The notes beneath the pieces are model-generated. The model was given only the letters and a program-made list of their open reading frames with translations. It did not search any database and was not told the origin of the DNA. The position numbers were made by a program, and so were the translations under genes. From an uncultured Eubacteriales bacterium (lineage in GTDB: Bacteria > Bacillota > Clostridia > UMGS1810): a stretch of 45,750 nt of DNA. Below, piece after piece: positions 9,889 through 19,054 of this stretch; positions within the stretch are counted from its first letter, which is position 1; every line of letters begins with the position of its first letter. The stretch is from positions 1 through 45,750 of the forward strand of contig USKN01000001.1 of the NCBI GenBank assembly GCA_900555295.1, written 5' to 3'.

Positions 9889-10352
9889 CACTTTGTACCT
9901 GTAGAACCAAATCCGCCGTCACCGCGTTCGGTTTCGTCAAGCTTATCGGTAAGTATAAGCTGTGCCTGGCATACGGGGAGAATAACAAGCTGTGCTATTC
10001 TTTCACCGTTGGTTACCGTATATTCCTCATTGCTTAAATTTACAAGTCCCACTTTTATTTCGCCCGTATAATCGCTGTCTATTACCCCTACGGCATTTGA
10101 AAGCGTAATGCCTTTTTTTACCGCCAATCCGCTGCGCGCAAAAACAAACGCACCGTACTCGGCGCTCGGAAGGCTTATTGCAATTCCCGTGGGAATAAGC
10201 GCACGTTCAAGCGGTTTTAACGTTACGGGTTTATCGAGTACCGCCGTCAAATCCATACCTGCCGAACCGCTTGTTGCGTAAAACGGCATCTTTTGCTGTT
10301 TGTTATTATCCAAAAATTTTATTTTTACTTGTAGTTTTTCTGAATTATTCAT
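9888..10352 (-). CDS. dut: dUTP diphosphatase
   Basis: 154 aa. dUTPase motifs are AGMDL, ARSGLAVKKGI, GVIDSDYTGE and RGDGGFGSTG. Confidence 0.9.
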   Translation of the reverse strand: MNNSEKLQVKIKFLDNNKQQKMPFYATSGSAGMDLTAVLDKPVTLKPLERALIPTGIAISLPSAEYGAFVFARSGLAVKKGITLSNAVGVIDSDYTGEIKVGLVNLSNEEYTVTNGERIAQLVILPVCQAQLILTDKLDETERGDGGFGSTGTK

Positions 10353-10378
10353 TTTTTAATCATTCCTCTTTATGTTTT

Positions 10379-12487
10379 TTAAAGAACGGGATTGTAAAAA
10401 TGTCCTCGTGTAAAATTTTTGTCGGGGAATTTTTTCCCTCCGTCGTACATTTTAATTATTTTTTCAATTTCGCCGGGCGTTTCGGTTGTAAATATAAATC
10501 TGTAATGCGCCGCATTTAAACCGTTAAGTTCGCCCATTCTGTCGCCCATATATATGGGGACGCTGTTATATATTGTATCAAAGCACGCTCCCTTGTGCGT
10601 AAATACGGGAAAATAAAAACCCTTTCGGTCTTTAAGCAAATAATACCCGTCTTTATTATTGCCGCATACGCATTTGCCAAACGCGCTTTTTACAACGCAG
10701 TTTTGCACCGTCATAACCGCAACTCTGCCGTATACCGGTATTTCAAACGGTATACCACACGACGCGTCGCTTATATGCGGTATTGTAAGTTCCGTTGACA
10801 TACAAACTTCATCTGCGCCCATATTTTTTAAAACGTTTTGTGCCTCGGAATTAAAAATATTCATACAGTAATCGGTACAAATATATTTTTTGCCGGCAAA
10901 TTCGCTTATTTGCCCTATATTTGATACGCAAACCGTATCTGTATCTATTTTAACATCGCATTTTACAATATCGCGCTGTATATTTGAAAGCTTTACGGCA
11001 TACACATCTCCGTCGCAGTCAAATTCCGCCTTATGACGCACATACAGTGAATATGGTATATAAATACGTGCAAATCCCAATTCGTACGCTTTTTTTGCCT
11101 GTTCAAAATTTTGCACCTCGGCAGTGTACTCCGTATTTCTTTTGGGCGGTAAATCCTTTTTTATTGTATACGGTTTTGCGTTGTATATTCGCACATCGCC
11201 CGTAATTTTTCTTTGCAATTCTTCGCAGGCTTGTCTTCTGAGCAAATTTAATTCTTTTATGGGAATGTTTATGCCGCTGTCGCAGTCAAGCTCAATATTT
11301 TTTGCCTCAAATGCCGTATCGCCCGTTTTTGCAAGCTGCTGTATAATACGCTCGGGCAGTGTTGCCGTTTTAATTGCATTTTGAACCGTACTTTGCGATG
11401 ATACGGCGGCACAAAAAGTATCGTTTTTTATTTCGAGCAACATATTATTCCCTATTTTGGCAGTAAATTTTAAATTAACCGCGGTCTTTTTTTGCTTTTT
11501 ATCTATAAGCTCTTTGGCATAATTTACAACTTCGTCCTTTTGCATATTATAAACATTGTCGTTGCTGTTTTGATAGTTGAGCATATGCCTGCCTGTATTA
11601 TTGTTTATATATCCCTGTGTAAAGCCGCTTCGGCTGAAAATATTTTCAAGCATATCCAAATCGCCTTTATCGGGTTTTTCTCCTCCGCGGTATTTATTGT
11701 ACATAGCGGTTGCAAGCGCAACGTATTCCGCACCTTTCATTCTGCCTTCAATTTTAAGCGATGTGACGGACGCCTCTTTAAGCTTGCTTATATATTCTAT
11801 AAGGCACAAGTCCTTAAGGCTCATAAGGTAAGAATTATCTTGGCTTAAAGGATTTTTGTCTTTATCGCAAAGTGTATATTTTAATCGGCAGGGCTGTGCG
11901 CAGAGTCCGCGGTTACCGCTTCTTCCGCCTATAAACGAACTCATAAGGCATTGCCCCGAATAACTCATACACAGTGCACCGTGAACAAAAACCTCGGTTT
12001 CAATTCCACAGTTTTGAGATATGTTTTTTATTTCGTCAAGCGACAGCTCGCGTGATAAAACAACTCTTTTAAATCCCAATTTTTTTGCCGCCAGCGCGCC
12101 TTTTAAGTTGTGCACCGTCATTTGAGTGCTTGCGTGAGGGCGCATATCGGGAAAATATTTTTTTACAATGTTTAAAATACCCAAATCCTGAATTATTACC
12201 CCGTCTGTATTTATTGAGTATAAAAATTTTAAATATTCAAAAACATCACTCAATTCATTTTCAAATACACAAGTATTAACCGCGGCATATACTTTTGTGT
12301 TTCTCAAATGAGCGTACACAACCGCCTCTTTTATTTGTTCGTCGGTAAAATTTGCCGCATTTTTACGAGCGCTGAACTTTTGCCCGCCTATATAAACGGC
12401 ATCCGCTCCGCAGTTTACCGCTGTTTTAAAACAATCAATATCTCCTGCGGGCGAAAGTATTTCTATGTTATTGTTTTGGTTATTCAT
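10379..12487 (-). CDS. Peptidase U32 family protein, long form
   Basis: 702 aa. U32 signature in EVFVHGALCMSYSGQCLMSSFIGGRSGNRGLCAQPCR, followed by a long C-terminal extension. Confidence 0.85.
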   Translation of the reverse strand: MNNQNNNIEILSPAGDIDCFKTAVNCGADAVYIGGQKFSARKNAANFTDEQIKEAVVYAHLRNTKVYAAVNTCVFENELSDVFEYLKFLYSINTDGVIIQDLGILNIVKKYFPDMRPHASTQMTVHNLKGALAAKKLGFKRVVLSRELSLDEIKNISQNCGIETEVFVHGALCMSYSGQCLMSSFIGGRSGNRGLCAQPCRLKYTLCDKDKNPLSQDNSYLMSLKDLCLIEYISKLKEASVTSLKIEGRMKGAEYVALATAMYNKYRGGEKPDKGDLDMLENIFSRSGFTQGYINNNTGRHMLNYQNSNDNVYNMQKDEVVNYAKELIDKKQKKTAVNLKFTAKIGNNMLLEIKNDTFCAAVSSQSTVQNAIKTATLPERIIQQLAKTGDTAFEAKNIELDCDSGINIPIKELNLLRRQACEELQRKITGDVRIYNAKPYTIKKDLPPKRNTEYTAEVQNFEQAKKAYELGFARIYIPYSLYVRHKAEFDCDGDVYAVKLSNIQRDIVKCDVKIDTDTVCVSNIGQISEFAGKKYICTDYCMNIFNSEAQNVLKNMGADEVCMSTELTIPHISDASCGIPFEIPVYGRVAVMTVQNCVVKSAFGKCVCGNNKDGYYLLKDRKGFYFPVFTHKGACFDTIYNSVPIYMGDRMGELNGLNAAHYRFIFTTETPGEIEKIIKMYDGGKKFPDKNFTRGHFYNPVL

Positions 12488-12508
12488 ACAATACTTCCCG
12501 TTCGAATG

Positions 12509-12823
12509 TTATTTGTTTTTTAATTTATTGTTTTCATCCGTTAATGCTTTGCATTGTGCCTGCAAGCTTTTAATTTGTTTTTCGTATTCTTCCGTTTTTG
12601 GTTTTTTTGCGTTTTCAAATTTAAGCTTGTACAACTCGTCGCACAAATTCATTGCCGAAAGCACGGCTGCCTGTACGGGCGACAAATCCATACTGTCCGC
12701 CGCGGCACGCATTCGCTTGTCAACATCACGTGCAACTGCCTCAATATAGTCGCGCCTTTCACTGCATTTAAGCGTATATTCGCTCCCGTAAATTTTAACG
12801 GTGATTTTATTTTTGTTTTCCAC
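12509..12823 (-). CDS. zapA: Cell division protein ZapA
   Basis: 104 aa. ITVKIYGSEYTLKC N-terminal beta part and a C-terminal coiled-coil. GTG start at 12823, 7 nt after a G8 run that would serve as the SD. Confidence 0.78.
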   Translation of the reverse strand: MENKNKITVKIYGSEYTLKCSERRDYIEAVARDVDKRMRAAADSMDLSPVQAAVLSAMNLCDELYKLKFENAKKPKTEEYEKQIKSLQAQCKALTDENNKLKNK

Positions 12824-13076
12824 CTTTAAACCCCCCCCGGCTCAAACTTATACTTTTATATTATACAACATTTTTTTGCAAATGAACAGTCTTTTTTATG
12901 AATTTTTTGTAAATTCTGCATTTTATATAATAATGTTTAATTTTAAAGAGCATTTTCACCAAAATATAGCGATTTTTTGCACCTGTTATTTTTAAAAATA
13001 TATTGAAATTTTTTAAAAAAAGTATTATTATATTAGTATGCAAAAAAAATATAATTAATAAATCGGAGGTGTGTTT

Positions 13077-14453
13077 ATGAATACCATAAACCAAAAAGAC
13101 GCGTGGAGATGCGCTCCAAAAGAAAAAATAATGCAATTTGCCGACGGCTATATTGATTTTTTGAACAATTGCAAAACCGAAAGACTTTGCACATCGTACT
13201 TTGAAGAAAAAATAAAAAAACAGGGATATAAAAATATAGATGAAATACCCGAAAACGAAAAATTAAATCCGGGCGACAAAGTATACAAAGTAAACCGCGG
13301 CAAAAATTTAACGTTTGCCGTTGTTGGAGAAGAAGATATATTAAACGGCGTACTTTTAAGCGCCGCACATATCGACAGCCCGCGGCTTGACTTAAAACCC
13401 AACCCAATTTACGAAGATTCAAATACCGTACTTTTTAAAACGCATTACTACGGCGGTATAAAAAAATATCAATGGACGGCAATTCCGCTTTCGTTAATAG
13501 GTGTTGTTGCACTTAAAGACGGAACGGTTAAAAACATTAACATAGGCGAATGCGATGATGACCCCGTATTTACCGTAACCGATCTTTTGCCGCATCTTGC
13601 CGCCGAACAAATGGATAAAAAACTCGGCAAGGCATTTACGGGCGAAGATTTAAATGTAATTATAGGTTCAATCCCGTCCGACAGCGAAAAGGACAAGTAT
13701 AAATCGGCAATATGCGATTTAATTAAAGAAAAATACGGAATAGACGAAAGCGACTTTGTAAGCGCGGAACTTGAAATAGTGCCGTCGTTTAAAGCAAAAA
13801 GCGTCGGACTCGATAAATCGCTTGTTGGCGCTTACGGACAGGACGACAGAGTTTGCGCATACACATCGGCAATTGCCGCGGCGGAGTGTGAAAACCCGAA
13901 AAAAACCTGTATATGCTTTTTAGCCGACAAAGAAGAAATTGGCAGTATGGGCAATACGGGAATGCAATCAAGATTTTTTGAAAATTTTGTTGCCGAACTT
14001 ATATTTAAAACAAAAGGCAATTATAACGATTTGTATATAAGAAAGTGCCTTTCAAATTCAATGTGCCTTTCAAGCGATGTTACAAATGCCGTTGACCCCA
14101 CATACAAAAGTGTAAATGAAGAAAAAAACGCTGCATTTTTGGGACGCGGCGTTGCGCTTTGCAAATATACGGGCGCACGCGGAAAATCGTCAACATCGGA
14201 TGCCAATGCCGAATATGTGGCAAAAATACGCGCAATATTTGATAATTCAAATGTTGCATGGCAGATATGCGAACTCGGCAAGGCAGACGTTGGCGGCGGC
14301 GGCACGGTAGCACAGTTTATTGCAAACTTAAATGTTGATACAATTGACTGCGGCGTGCCTCTTCTTTCTATGCACGCACCTTTTGAAATATCGTCAAAAG
14401 CCGATGTGTACAGCGCATATATGGCATATAAAGCGTTTTACGCATACAAATAA
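13077..14453 (+). CDS. M18 family aminopeptidase
   Basis: ORF 13071..14453. The ATG at 13077 is 7 nt after GGAGG. AAHIDSPRLDLKPNP, DDRVCAY, DKEEIGS and SMHAPFE match the M18/aminopeptidase 1 metal-binding pattern. Confidence 0.85.
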   Translation: MNTINQKDAWRCAPKEKIMQFADGYIDFLNNCKTERLCTSYFEEKIKKQGYKNIDEIPENEKLNPGDKVYKVNRGKNLTFAVVGEEDILNGVLLSAAHIDSPRLDLKPNPIYEDSNTVLFKTHYYGGIKKYQWTAIPLSLIGVVALKDGTVKNINIGECDDDPVFTVTDLLPHLAAEQMDKKLGKAFTGEDLNVIIGSIPSDSEKDKYKSAICDLIKEKYGIDESDFVSAELEIVPSFKAKSVGLDKSLVGAYGQDDRVCAYTSAIAAAECENPKKTCICFLADKEEIGSMGNTGMQSRFFENFVAELIFKTKGNYNDLYIRKCLSNSMCLSSDVTNAVDPTYKSVNEEKNAAFLGRGVALCKYTGARGKSSTSDANAEYVAKIRAIFDNSNVAWQICELGKADVGGGGTVAQFIANLNVDTIDCGVPLLSMHAPFEISSKADVYSAYMAYKAFYAYK

Positions 14454-14546
14454 TTTTTAAAAAATAAAATTGCTATAAATTGGATGTTTAAAAACACCTC
14501 ATACTGCACAAATTACTATCGACAAACATCAAGGAGGTGATTTTAA

Positions 14547-14738
14547 ATGTCAAAACATGTAGTTCCCGAAGCGAAAGACGCTATGGAAAGATTTAAAATG
14601 GAAGCAGCAAGTGAAGTAGGTGTAAACCTCAAAAACGGATACAACGGTGATCTCACATCAAGACAGGCTGGTTCTGTCGGCGGTCAGATGGTAAAAAATA
14701 TGATTAAAAAATATGAAGCAGAGATGGCTAACAAATAA
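14547..14738 (+). CDS. Alpha/beta-type small acid-soluble spore protein
   Basis: 63 aa. MERFKMEAASEVGVNL...GDLTSRQAGSVGGQMVKNMI is the canonical SASP sequence. AGGAGG RBS. Confidence 0.92.
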   Translation: MSKHVVPEAKDAMERFKMEAASEVGVNLKNGYNGDLTSRQAGSVGGQMVKNMIKKYEAEMANK

Positions 14739-14765
14739 TTAAACTGAATTATTAAAAGCCATATG

Positions 14766-14820
14766 GGCGGTTTATCGGTTTTACTCTTAAAGAATAATAT
14801 CGGTAAACCGTCTGTTTTTG
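14766..14820 (+). terminator. Terminator after the SASP gene
   Basis: CGGTTTATCG (14768-14777) pairs with CGGTAAACCG (14801-14810), with one G-U pair, followed by TCTGTTTTT. Confidence 0.5.
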
Positions 14821-14873
14821 TATAATTACCAATAAATATGGGAAATAATAATAGCGGAAAGGAAGTGTAAAAA

Positions 14874-15179
14874 ATGAATATAAAAATTCTTAAAACATTA
14901 TCCGCATTAATGATTGCAATGTCAATGTTTACATTTGCATCTTGCGGAAACACCGACAACAACACGGACACCGATAATAACACATCACAGACAACGCAAA
15001 CCGATAAAGAAAATGCAAATAAAGGAAATACCGACAAAGGCACAGACGGTGTAATAGATGACGCCAAAGACGGGGTTAAAGACATAACCGACGGTGCGGG
15101 CGACGCGGTAAAAGACGCAGGCGATATGGTAAAGGACGCAGGCGATACGGTAACGGGAAATAAAGACACATCCAAATAA
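14874..15179 (+). CDS. Small Asp/Thr/Lys-rich lipoprotein with heptad tandem repeats
   Basis: 101 aa. Signal peptide with lipobox FTFASC|G. The mature part is low-complexity (NTDNNTDTDNNTSQTTQTDKENANKGNTDKGTDG...AVKDAGDMVKDAGDTV). Confidence 0.65.
   Translation: MNIKILKTLSALMIAMSMFTFASCGNTDNNTDTDNNTSQTTQTDKENANKGNTDKGTDGVIDDAKDGVKDITDGAGDAVKDAGDMVKDAGDTVTGNKDTSK
15107..15148 (+). repeat. Two tandem 21-nt coding repeats (VKDAGD[MT])
   Basis: GGTAAAAGACGCAGGCGATAT and GGTAAAGGACGCAGGCGATAC are 19/21 identical, with degenerate partial copies on either side. Confidence 0.8.
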
Positions 15180-15192
15180 AAAAAGTGTGGAC

Positions 15193-15254
15193 AAATCTCC
15201 GAAAATGCTGTATATTATATATATACATTATATTTTCGGAGATTTTTTATTTTT
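15193..15254 (+). terminator. Terminator after the lipoprotein gene
   Basis: AAATCTCCGAAAAT (15193-15206) pairs with ATTTTCGGAGATTT (15232-15245), a perfect 14-bp stem with a 25-nt AT loop, followed by TTTTATTTTT. Confidence 0.6.
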
Positions 15255-15271
15255 AAGGAGTTTTGTAAATT

Positions 15272-16660
15272 ATGAAAACAACAACAAAATTCGTTTGCCG
15301 CGAATGCGGTTACAATTCACCCAAGTGGATTGGCAAATGCCCGACGTGCGGCAAATGGAATACATTCGATGAAGAAATAGAACCGGTTAAAACAAGATAC
15401 GGCAAAGCAAACACCGGCACCGATAATTTATCGGCATCGGCAAAACCGCTAAAGCTTACGCAAATTTCGGCATTAAACGAAAAACGTATTAAAACCGATT
15501 TAGGAGAGCTCGACAGAGTACTCGGAGGCGGTATTATTCCCGGCTCGTTAATACTTGTGGGCGGCGACCCCGGTATAGGAAAATCAACTTTGCTTTTGCA
15601 AATATGCAATAACCTTGGCGAAAAAGGCACCGTTTTGTATGCCTCGGGAGAGGAGTCGGCAAATCAAATTAAAGTGCGTGCCGAAAGGCTTAATATTACA
15701 TCTGACAATCTTTTTTTGCTTGCCGAAACAAATCTTGACAATATAATTATGCAGGCAAATGCCGTAAAACCCGACGTTATGATTGTAGACTCCATACAAA
15801 CAATTTTTAAACCCGACGTATCGTCAGCCCCGGGCAGTGTAAGCCAGGTGCGTGAAGCAACACACTTTTTAATGCGCCTTGCCAAAGATAACGACATTGC
15901 AATATTTATTGTGGGACACGTAACAAAAGACGGTAATATTGCGGGGCCGCGAATACTTGAACATATGGTTGACTGCGTTTTGTATTTTGAGGGTGACAGA
16001 CATCAATCGTACAGAATACTCAGAACCGTTAAAAACCGCTTTGGCTCAACAAACGAAATAGGAGTTTTTGAAATGTGCGATACGGGCCTTAAAGAGGTTT
16101 TAAACCCGTCTCAAATGCTGCTTTCAGGCCGTCCCATAGGCGCGTCGGGTTCTACCGTTGTATGCACTTTGGAGGGCACGCGCCCTGTACTTGCGGAGGT
16201 ACAGGCACTTTCATCACCCACAGGTTTTGGAATACCGCGCCGAATGTCTACGGGAATTGACTTTAACCGCGCAACGCTTTTAATTGCAATACTTGAAAAA
16301 AAATTAGGTTACGGTTTATCAAACCAAGACGTATACATAAACGTAACGGGTGGACTTAAAATAAACGAGCCTGCAACCGACCTTGCGGTAATAACTGCCG
16401 TTGCGTCAAATTACAGCAATTTTGTTATAGACGAAAAAACGCTTATTTTGGGCGAAGTGGGTCTTGCAGGCGAAGTACGCGCCGTAAGCTACTGCGACAG
16501 ACGAATTGCCGAGGCAAAAAAACTCGGCTTTGATAAATGCATAATTCCAAAAGCCAATGCGGTATCCTTAAAGGCATACAGCGATATGGAAATAATACCC
16601 GTATCATCGGTTAAACAAGCAATTTATGTTTTGCGCCAAAATCAAAAAAAGGAAGAATAA
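15272..16660 (+). CDS. radA: DNA repair protein RadA
   Basis: 462 aa. Zinc finger CRECGYNSPKWIGKCPTCGKW, Walker A GDPGIGKST, KNRFG motif and a Lon-like C-terminal domain. Confidence 0.93.
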   Translation: MKTTTKFVCRECGYNSPKWIGKCPTCGKWNTFDEEIEPVKTRYGKANTGTDNLSASAKPLKLTQISALNEKRIKTDLGELDRVLGGGIIPGSLILVGGDPGIGKSTLLLQICNNLGEKGTVLYASGEESANQIKVRAERLNITSDNLFLLAETNLDNIIMQANAVKPDVMIVDSIQTIFKPDVSSAPGSVSQVREATHFLMRLAKDNDIAIFIVGHVTKDGNIAGPRILEHMVDCVLYFEGDRHQSYRILRTVKNRFGSTNEIGVFEMCDTGLKEVLNPSQMLLSGRPIGASGSTVVCTLEGTRPVLAEVQALSSPTGFGIPRRMSTGIDFNRATLLIAILEKKLGYGLSNQDVYINVTGGLKINEPATDLAVITAVASNYSNFVIDEKTLILGEVGLAGEVRAVSYCDRRIAEAKKLGFDKCIIPKANAVSLKAYSDMEIIPVSSVKQAIYVLRQNQKKEE

Positions 16661-16664
16661 TAAA

Positions 16665-17408
16665 ATGAAAAAAGATTACCATACACACCCAAACATAATA
16701 AACAATCTCAATCAAGCGGAGAAATTTATAAAAAAAGCAACAGAACTTGGATTTGACGAGATATGCTTTACCGACCATATGCCGTTTTCGCTTACGCCCA
16801 ATGAATTTGACAGAATACCGCGCAATAAAGTGGGACAATACTGCGAAATTGTAAAATCTCTTGCCGAAAAATATAAAAACGATATTATAATAAAGACAGG
16901 AATTGAAGCAGACTATCACCCAAATTATGAGGACGAAATAAAAAATGTTCTGGCACAGGGCGAATTTGACTATGTTATAGGCTCATCACATTTAAATATT
17001 GCAGGATACGGAATTGATATGAAAAACACATCAAAAACCGAATTTGCAAATATGGTAATAAATAATTACATAAGCGCGGCAAAATCGGGGCTGTTTAACA
17101 CAATATCGCACCTGGATGTTTACCGATGGGTATTTTCGGCATTTCCGCTCACGGGAAAATTTAATCTTATCGAATGTACGGATAATTTAAACAAGCTTTT
17201 TTACGTACTTCAAAACACCGGTGTAAACCTTGAGCTCAATGCCGCACCGCTATATAAAAAGTTTGATAATTTGGGGTTTTATCCGCAAAAAGAAATACTT
17301 GATATCGCCAAAAATTACAATATCAAGTATATTTACGGTTCAGACGCGCATATTCCGCAAAATGTGGGTTTTGGATACGATAAAATTAAAGAATCTGGTT
17401 TGTTTTAA
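16665..17408 (+). CDS. Histidinol-phosphatase (HisJ) family PHP-domain phosphatase
   Basis: ORF 16626..17408, trimmed to the ATG at 16665 (MKKDYHTHPN). PHP motifs are HTH, FTDH and GSDAH. Confidence 0.8.
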   Translation: MKKDYHTHPNIINNLNQAEKFIKKATELGFDEICFTDHMPFSLTPNEFDRIPRNKVGQYCEIVKSLAEKYKNDIIIKTGIEADYHPNYEDEIKNVLAQGEFDYVIGSSHLNIAGYGIDMKNTSKTEFANMVINNYISAAKSGLFNTISHLDVYRWVFSAFPLTGKFNLIECTDNLNKLFYVLQNTGVNLELNAAPLYKKFDNLGFYPQKEILDIAKNYNIKYIYGSDAHIPQNVGFGYDKIKESGLF

Positions 17409-17732
17409 AAGCTCTGCCGTATTTTTTACAAAATATGCAAATACGGCAAGCAAAATGCAAATAATAAAAGCTCCTCTGTTTAGTGCGTACATACAGAAAA
17501 ATTGCGACAATTCAACCGCACACAACACATATCCCGCACCCATAAAAGCAAGGTGATTATATGCCCTTTGCGATATTAAAACAACGGCAAAAACAATAAA
17601 TATTAAATTAAAATAGGTAAAAATATTTCTTGCGGCAATTTTAAGATATGCGTATTTTTCGTAATTTTGCTGTTTGTTTACAAGTCCCGAGCGTATTCTT
17701 TCGTCAACCTCTTTTGCATTTAAACCATACAT
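17340..17732 (-). pseudogene. N-terminal stub of a cation-transporting P-type ATPase
   Basis: The first ~75 aa (LNAKEVDERIRSGLVNKQ...IAARNIFTYFNLIFIVFAVVLI) look like the Cation_ATPase_N region plus TM1 of Firmicute P-type ATPases. The remainder is missing. The frame runs 69 nt into the convergent PHP gene and through a hairpin at 17416-17447. Confidence 0.55.
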
Positions 17733-17789
17733 TTTAAATTCATTATTGTTTTGTTCCGCATTTTTACAATATCATTTGTATGTCATTGT

Positions 17790-18773
17790 TTAATTCGCCT
17801 CATTGTCAAACTCGTTCCAAAAATCCAATACAGCCTTTTCGTAACCCTTTCTGTTTACATAATAACTCATTGCGTGGTCGGCGCCCGGTACAATAAGCAG
17901 TCTTTTTGGCGACGCGCACGCTTTATAATTTTCGTATGTCATTTCAACGGGTACAAAGCTGTCGTCACTTCCGTGTATAAAAAGTACGGGAATATCGGTA
18001 TTTTGGAGCGCCTTAATAGTTGAATATCCGTCCGACGCAATATTAATTCTCTTTTTGCACAGCTTATCGGCAATAATACTGCGCAATCCGAATGTCATAT
18101 GCAAATTTTTGTTGGCAACGTGTTTCCAGATTGCCTTTGGCGATGTAAAACCGCAATCCGCCATAATACCGCACACATTATCGGGCAGATTTAAATCGGA
18201 GCTCATAAGCACCGTTGCCGCCCCCATAGAAACACCTGCAAGATATATCGGCAAATTACCGCCGCACCTTACAATTGCCCAATTAACCCAATTTATGCAA
18301 TCAAAACGTTCGGTTAAGCCAAACCCTATATATTCGCCGTCACTGTTGTTTTGCGCACGCTGTTCGGCATACAGCACACTGCACCCGTTATTATGAAAAA
18401 AATCCGATATTAAACCGTAATCGTAACTCCAAGACGACCGCCAGCCGTGAAACGCCACTATTACCCTTTTTGCGTTTTCGCAAGGAAAAAAGTGACCTAT
18501 AAGTTTTGTGCCGTCACTTGCGGTAATTGTAACGGTTTCGTGCGGTTGGCTTTCAAGACAGTCGGCTTTTGACGCACACAGTGCTTTAAACTCTCCGTTA
18601 TGCGAACTGCCCGAAATAAGATTACTCGTTTTTTTCATAATTTGCGGCTCGTTGCGGTCGAGTGCCGTTTTAACAAGAAGTTTTGTGGTAAATACCGCCG
18701 ATGCTGCCGCAACAGCCGTTAATGCCGAAACAGTACCTATTACGGCAGGAATTTTGTTTTTTGTTTTTTTCAT
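17790..18773 (-). CDS. Membrane-anchored alpha/beta hydrolase
   Basis: 327 aa. N-terminal TM helix, HGW oxyanion region (AFHGWRSS), nucleophile elbow GVSMGA, and late D and H residues (GSDD, GADHA). GGGAGG RBS. Confidence 0.8.
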   Translation of the reverse strand: MKKTKNKIPAVIGTVSALTAVAAASAVFTTKLLVKTALDRNEPQIMKKTSNLISGSSHNGEFKALCASKADCLESQPHETVTITASDGTKLIGHFFPCENAKRVIVAFHGWRSSWSYDYGLISDFFHNNGCSVLYAEQRAQNNSDGEYIGFGLTERFDCINWVNWAIVRCGGNLPIYLAGVSMGAATVLMSSDLNLPDNVCGIMADCGFTSPKAIWKHVANKNLHMTFGLRSIIADKLCKKRINIASDGYSTIKALQNTDIPVLFIHGSDDSFVPVEMTYENYKACASPKRLLIVPGADHAMSYYVNRKGYEKAVLDFWNEFDNEAN

Positions 18774-18840
18774 AATTTATTTCCTCCCATACATTTTAAA
18801 GCATTACTATTATTATATACCGTTTTTCTTTGTTAATGCA

Positions 18841-18869
18841 ATTTTAGCACCTGCAAACCAATATGTCAA
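18841..18869 (-). promoter_or_regulatory. Sigma-A-type promoter for the alpha/beta hydrolase gene
   Basis: On the minus strand: TTGACA (18869-18864), a 17-nt spacer, TAAAAT (18846-18841). Confidence 0.5.
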
Positions 18870-18871
18870 TA

Positions 18872-18930
18872 TAAAAAAACCACAGCAAATTAAATTTAAT
18901 TTTTTAATAATTATTTTTAATTTGCTATGG
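18872..18930. terminator. Bidirectional hairpin terminator
   Basis: CCACAGCAAATTAAA (18880-18894) pairs with TTTAATTTGCTATGG (18916-18930), 14/15. An A7 run lies on the left and TTTTAT on the right, so either strand sees a T run after the hairpin. Confidence 0.55.
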
Positions 18931-19054
18931 TTTTATATTCGTCGAGCGGTATTAGCCACGCCCATATGTAAGTATTTATTTTTATGTTTTTTAAATCGTT
19001 TGGAATATCTATTTTAACGGGAGATGAAAAACACTTGTTTATGTCTTGTACACT

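Noticed and set aside
12861-13136. 91-aa and 64-aa ORFs in the zapA/aminopeptidase intergenic region
   Set aside because: - The region is an extremely AT-rich divergent promoter region.
- The ORFs have Ile/Phe/Lys/Asn-rich nonsense composition and no RBS.
14454-14546. Sigma-G (forespore) promoter upstream of the SASP gene
   Set aside because: - One is expected biologically.
- I could not find a convincing GHATR-17/18-CATxHTA match. CATACTG at 14500-14506 lacks a properly spaced -35.
- No coordinates are therefore claimed.
15107-15148. Tandem repeats as a possible CRISPR or minisatellite array
   Set aside because: - There are only two full 21-nt units with no spacers.
- They are in frame inside a coding sequence.
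14684-15175. 163-aa minus-strand ORF with repeated SPASFT motifs
   Set aside because: - It is the antisense shadow of the lipoprotein gene's tandem repeats.
- It has no RBS.
- It overlaps the SASP gene's 3' end and two terminators.
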